Shown here one piece after another: positions 60,420 to 64,000 of a DNA stretch of 64,000 nt. The notes under the pieces are model-generated. The model ran no database searches, was not told where the DNA came from, and saw only the letters and a program-made list of their open reading frames with translations. The stretch covers positions 248,001-312,000 of the forward strand of contig CDRNVI010000014.1 of the NCBI GenBank assembly GCA_977017575.1, in the 5' to 3' direction. Source of the stretch: Paramoeba atlantica (taxonomy: Eukaryota > Protista > Discosea). Position 1 is the first letter of the stretch, and every line of letters begins with the position of its first letter. The translations under genes were made by a program, and so were the position numbers.

Positions 60420-61070
60420 TTATGCGCACAATTTTAACTGGGTTCTCAGGAAAGATTTGTAACGCAATTTCTCCCATTCAGATAGAGCAACCTCTCCAAC
60501 TAGTTCCGGATTACCAGCAAAAAATAATTCTTCCATCGTGATAGGGAGCTTACCGAACAAAAGACGCTTGAATTTATTGTTTCCCACGTCAACATACACC
60601 ATGCCTGGAGGAAGTTCCATCATATCCAAGGTCCCTTCAAATTTGTTGCTCGCAAGATTTAGGTGAGTAAAGCTCTGTGGCAGATAAAGAATGTTTACTT
60701 CCCCTGTCATTGCGTTTCTTCGCACACTAAGCCGCTCCATTGTGCGCGGAAGGCCTTGCAGATTAAAGCCTCCGCGAAGAAAATAATTTTCTTGCAGACG
60801 AACGTACCTCATAGTGCTGGGCAAAAAATCCCACAATAAAGTTCCTCGAAGGGTTTTACATTCCCAATTAAGTCGTATTACCTTCCCATCAGAATTTAGT
60901 TTCACGCCAACCCATTCATCAATGGGATTAGTTGCGTCCCATGAAGGATGAGCGTTTTCAATATCCCGCAAGAATCTAGAAAGCTCAATTTCTTGCGGCA
61001 GTGCCGCTCCTCGAAGCTTTCCTAAACGGCATGGCACGGCGCAATCCTCGTTTGACAATAAGCTTATCAT
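60420..61070 (-). CDS. Leucine-rich repeat protein
   Basis: LGKLRGAALPQEIEL motif and repeats LPQSFTHLNLASNKFEGTLDMME. Confidence 0.9.
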   Translation of the reverse strand: MISLLSNEDCAVPCRLGKLRGAALPQEIELSRFLRDIENAHPSWDATNPIDEWVGVKLNSDGKVIRLNWECKTLRGTLLWDFLPSTMRYVRLQENYFLRGGFNLQGLPRTMERLSVRRNAMTGEVNILYLPQSFTHLNLASNKFEGTLDMMELPPGMVYVDVGNNKFKRLLFGKLPITMEELFFAGNPELVGEVALSEWEKLRYKSFLRTQLKLCA

Positions 61071-61290
61071 TCACAGAAACGAATTAGAGTAAGAAGAGAA
61101 TAAGGTTTGGTCTATTGTTTTTTCTTGCTTGCTTTTTTTTAAAAAACTTTTCTTGTGTCCGTAGAAAGGAGAGAATGCCTCTTCGTTCATATTTAAGAAG
61201 CAAGTTTTGGAATTAAAAACTCATGCTAAGACTACAATGCTTGTCGATTTTTTGTTCATAACGCTAACGGAACTCCAGACGCAATGTTGC

Positions 61291-62493
61291 TCACATCTCA
61301 GAAATCATTTTTTGCAACTTTTCAATCTCCCGTTTCATCTCCTCACAAGATCTCTTGTGAAGGCAGCCGTTTAGGAATGTAAAAAAGTCCAAAAGCATGG
61401 ATAAGTTATGCATTGCCAGTAGGATAGGGCCGTTCATCTCATGCGTCCGCAGGAGATGGTGAAGATAGGCCCGGTTATGGTGTTTACATGTGGGACACTG
61501 ACATGTGCCCGATAAAGATGAGAGGTCCTTTTGGTATTTAGGGTCCAATAAGGATAGAAATTGGCTTTCTTGACCCGACACCAAACCAGATGTTTTCATG
61601 TGGCTGGAGGGTGAGAATCCCCATGCAACCCCTTGGGAGGCTAAATGCAGAGGGAAATCCCCAGAAAAAATGAGCCCACAGTCAAGACGGGAAGAAGCTT
61701 CAGGCTTCGTTAGTAGTGCTCCTAACTCGTTGTCTAGAAAATACTCGAGGCGTGAAAGAATTTCCCATGGGGCACTGCAGAGAGGGGTGAGTATTTGCAT
61801 CTTGATAGCATCCCTGCTATAGGTTGATTCTTGTCTTGTGTCCAAATTTTTCTGATTTGGGGGACATCTTTTTACGTCGTAGAACGGGTGCTGTTTTACT
61901 ATGTCACTTGGCTCATTCCCTTGTTGTGCAAACGCTTCCCACGGGATGTACAGAGCGTCGTCCTTCGTACAAGATAGTATGGCGTCATATTGTGCCTGGG
62001 TGAATGTTTCAGCACCGTGTGATGTCTCTTCTCGCAATACAAACGCACGTGGTTTCTTTTTATGTTTAACACTCTTGGAGAGCCGAAGCGATGAAGCGTG
62101 AGGACCAAGAATTGCCGTGAGCTCAGGAATTCCCAATAAGTGGGAAGGGGACAGTAGCAGAGTGTCATTGAGGGAAATTGTTTTACGGAGCGCAAGAAGA
62201 GGACAAGGGTGGCTTCTTGTTTTTACCTTTTCGGGAGACTCCTTATCAGTGCTTAGCAGCCAGTGCTCAGTGACGTTCTTTTTTGCTCTAATTCTCCGGA
62301 CTGCATGTCGCGGCATCAGTTGAATATGGAACGGATTGCAGTAGATAAAGATGTTAGATGACCCGGTGACTTGCAGTAGCAAATCCGGGGTGAGGTAGCG
62401 AATTCCTTCCTCACCTACTGGCATTGCATAGCTTACCCTGAAGGAGAACCTACCACATTCACTGTCAGTCATTTGCGACGTGATTCTAGTCAT
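61291..62493 (-). CDS. QTRT2: Queuine tRNA-ribosyltransferase accessory subunit-like protein
   Basis: Zn-binding CQCPTCKHHNRAYLHHLL...EM...LLAMHNL. The TGT catalytic DSGG motif is absent. The ORF track starts at TTG; the ATG is at 62493. Confidence 0.8.
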   Translation of the reverse strand: MTRITSQMTDSECGRFSFRVSYAMPVGEEGIRYLTPDLLLQVTGSSNIFIYCNPFHIQLMPRHAVRRIRAKKNVTEHWLLSTDKESPEKVKTRSHPCPLLALRKTISLNDTLLLSPSHLLGIPELTAILGPHASSLRLSKSVKHKKKPRAFVLREETSHGAETFTQAQYDAILSCTKDDALYIPWEAFAQQGNEPSDIVKQHPFYDVKRCPPNQKNLDTRQESTYSRDAIKMQILTPLCSAPWEILSRLEYFLDNELGALLTKPEASSRLDCGLIFSGDFPLHLASQGVAWGFSPSSHMKTSGLVSGQESQFLSLLDPKYQKDLSSLSGTCQCPTCKHHNRAYLHHLLRTHEMNGPILLAMHNLSMLLDFFTFLNGCLHKRSCEEMKREIEKLQKMISEM

Positions 62494-63116
62494 CAAATAT
62501 TTGTATGTCTTTCTAGATAGGTCAACAGGGGCAAGAATTGTAGCATCTCATCACTAATAACGGAAAAAAAATAAGACAAATTATAAAGATGCGTAAACTA
62601 ACAAACATACACTGTTCAGTTCCCGCAATAGCATAAAATCAAGTATCCTTAGAAAGAAGAAAGTATAAAACATGCATCACATGTATCATGTAAACGTTTT
62701 CGCTTACACGCTACCAAAAAAGATCTGTTTTTGTAAAAACAACTGTTTTTGAATATGTTTGAATATAACCAGAACCCCGTTCGTAAAAGAACCCCGCTCG
62801 TAATCAGAAGGAAAAAGGATAAAAAATGGATAAAAAACATGAATAAAACACAAATGGATAAGCAAAGGATAAGCAAAGGACAAAACAGTAGATAAAATAT
62901 CATGCATTCCTTATACATCATAGTGTAGTGAAAATAGCATAGTTGAATTTGTTTAAAATAAATTTCTTTGTTTAAATTAATCTACACGCATACTCTATAA
63001 ATGACATTCTTTCAAATAATTGAAATTCTTTTTGACTTATTAAAAACGAATGCACTTGCGGCCATTTCAGCTGGAAACACAAATCATCATATAGGAAAAG
63101 ATTGCGCAAACTGCAT

Positions 63117-64000
63117 TCAAAGATCAACACGCCGTCCCAATCTTCCGTTCCAAGCAACGAACGCACGAAGTTTTGCCCTCGCAAGCGACTTCACGTTCAG
63201 AAATTCTTGCTTGTCCAAACTAACACGTGTCCCGTTGGGACGAAGCTTCGGGTGCCGGACGGGAATCTTAGTACGCTCAGCAAACTCCTCCATATGCGAT
63301 CGCATCGCAACTTCTAATTCCTCGAGGTCGGAAAGCCAGAAGTCCTTTGGGGAACGCTGTCTCAACATATTAGCTCGTTCCCGCAGTATGGCCACATTTT
63401 CAGCGAGAGCGTCTCGTCTTTCGGAAGAAAACGACGCCATTTTCATCCCCAAAAGATATTCGTAGGACCCGTCCACCGGATCTCTCGGGATCTTAAGCTC
63501 CACAAGTGCTTTTACAATATCTGCACCGTTACCTGAGATGTTTATCTTTCCATCCAAGATGCTTCGCAGAAACACATGCCTTCCTTCCGCGACACTCAGC
63601 TGGTTCTCCACCTTCTGCACCTCCGACTTCTTCCGCAGCTCATAAAAGTGCATCCGCATCTCACAGAAATTTTTCAACACCTCCATCGCATTCCTCATCT
63701 GAAAAATCCCCCGTGTCTTCTCCTGCACAATAAACCGCGACTTCCGGCTTCGTCCCACCAGCGACAGCAAATGGTACAGCACATTAAACCGAATCCCCAT
63801 CGAAATCACCTGCGGGGCGAGCTCAATTTCAAAATCCACTGCATCCACCGTGTGGTGCTCCTGGTAGCTTCGTATCACTCCTTTCTCCACCATGCCATTT
63901 AAAATCGCCTTATAATCCGAAGTCCACATCCAGGCCGGCAGCTCCGTCACCCGCACCGTGCAGCCATTAATCAGCGAGACCCGCCCGGTGGTGTAGTACC
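63117..64000 (-). CDS. TOP2: Type IIA DNA topoisomerase, C-terminal part (5' end beyond the window)
   Basis: VRVTELPAWMWTSDYK, YQEHHTVDAVDFEI, EVLKNFCEMRMHFYELRK and SPKDFWLSDL. The frame stays open to base 64000. Confidence 0.9.
   Translation of the reverse strand, partial: YYTTGRVSLINGCTVRVTELPAWMWTSDYKAILNGMVEKGVIRSYQEHHTVDAVDFEIELAPQVISMGIRFNVLYHLLSLVGRSRKSRFIVQEKTRGIFQMRNAMEVLKNFCEMRMHFYELRKKSEVQKVENQLSVAEGRHVFLRSILDGKINISGNGADIVKALVELKIPRDPVDGSYEYLLGMKMASFSSERRDALAENVAILRERANMLRQRSPKDFWLSDLEELEVAMRSHMEEFAERTKIPVRHPKLRPNGTRVSLDKQEFLNVKSLARAKLRAFVAWNGRLGRRVDL

Larger units (their letters stand above)
1039..64000 (-). other. Single unidirectional (polycistronic-type) gene cluster
   Basis: All 29 credible CDS and the snoRNAs are on the minus strand, and no introns are needed to build any ORF. 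Confidence 0.9.

Noticed and set aside
1-64000. tRNA, rRNA, telomeric repeats, retrotransposon ORFs, cis-introns
   Set aside because: No cloverleaf or T-loop candidates in spacers, no rRNA-like stretch, no TTAGGG arrays and no RT motifs. Every conserved protein is contiguous in one frame.

Overview
Eukaryotic nuclear DNA from a kinetoplastid. The window holds 29 apparently intron-less protein genes, all on the minus strand, with short intergenic spacers that are pyrimidine-rich on the sense strand. One gene is the editosome subunit KREPA6/MP18, which places the organism. The strong sequence divergence, a FYVE-Rheb fusion and eight dispersed genes of one 22-aa-repeat LRR family suggest a non-trypanosomatid, Perkinsela-like lineage (inference, no database search run). 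Recognisable genes: EngB-like GTPase, beta-adaptin, UCH, RRM/CCCH protein, SR-rich protein, EMAP-II/Arc1-type tRNA-binding protein, SPC3, bL33m, YchF/OLA1, SF3B1, a double-AAA ATPase, YIP1, UBA1, midasin, QTRT2 and a partial topoisomerase II. The non-coding content is more unusual. (1) About ten GC-rich islands each have a C-rich left arm and a G-rich right arm on the + strand, overriding coding sequence and flipping synonymous codon use around a centre. (2) Three TA-flanked, terminal-inverted-repeat, non-autonomous Tc1/mariner/pogo-like elements, one nested inside another. (3) A triplicated double-guide box C/D snoRNA with guides matching conserved LSU rRNA methylation sites. (4) A 7-copy 18-bp motif array and several unexplained hairpins. 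All calls come from reading the sequence and motifs by eye.
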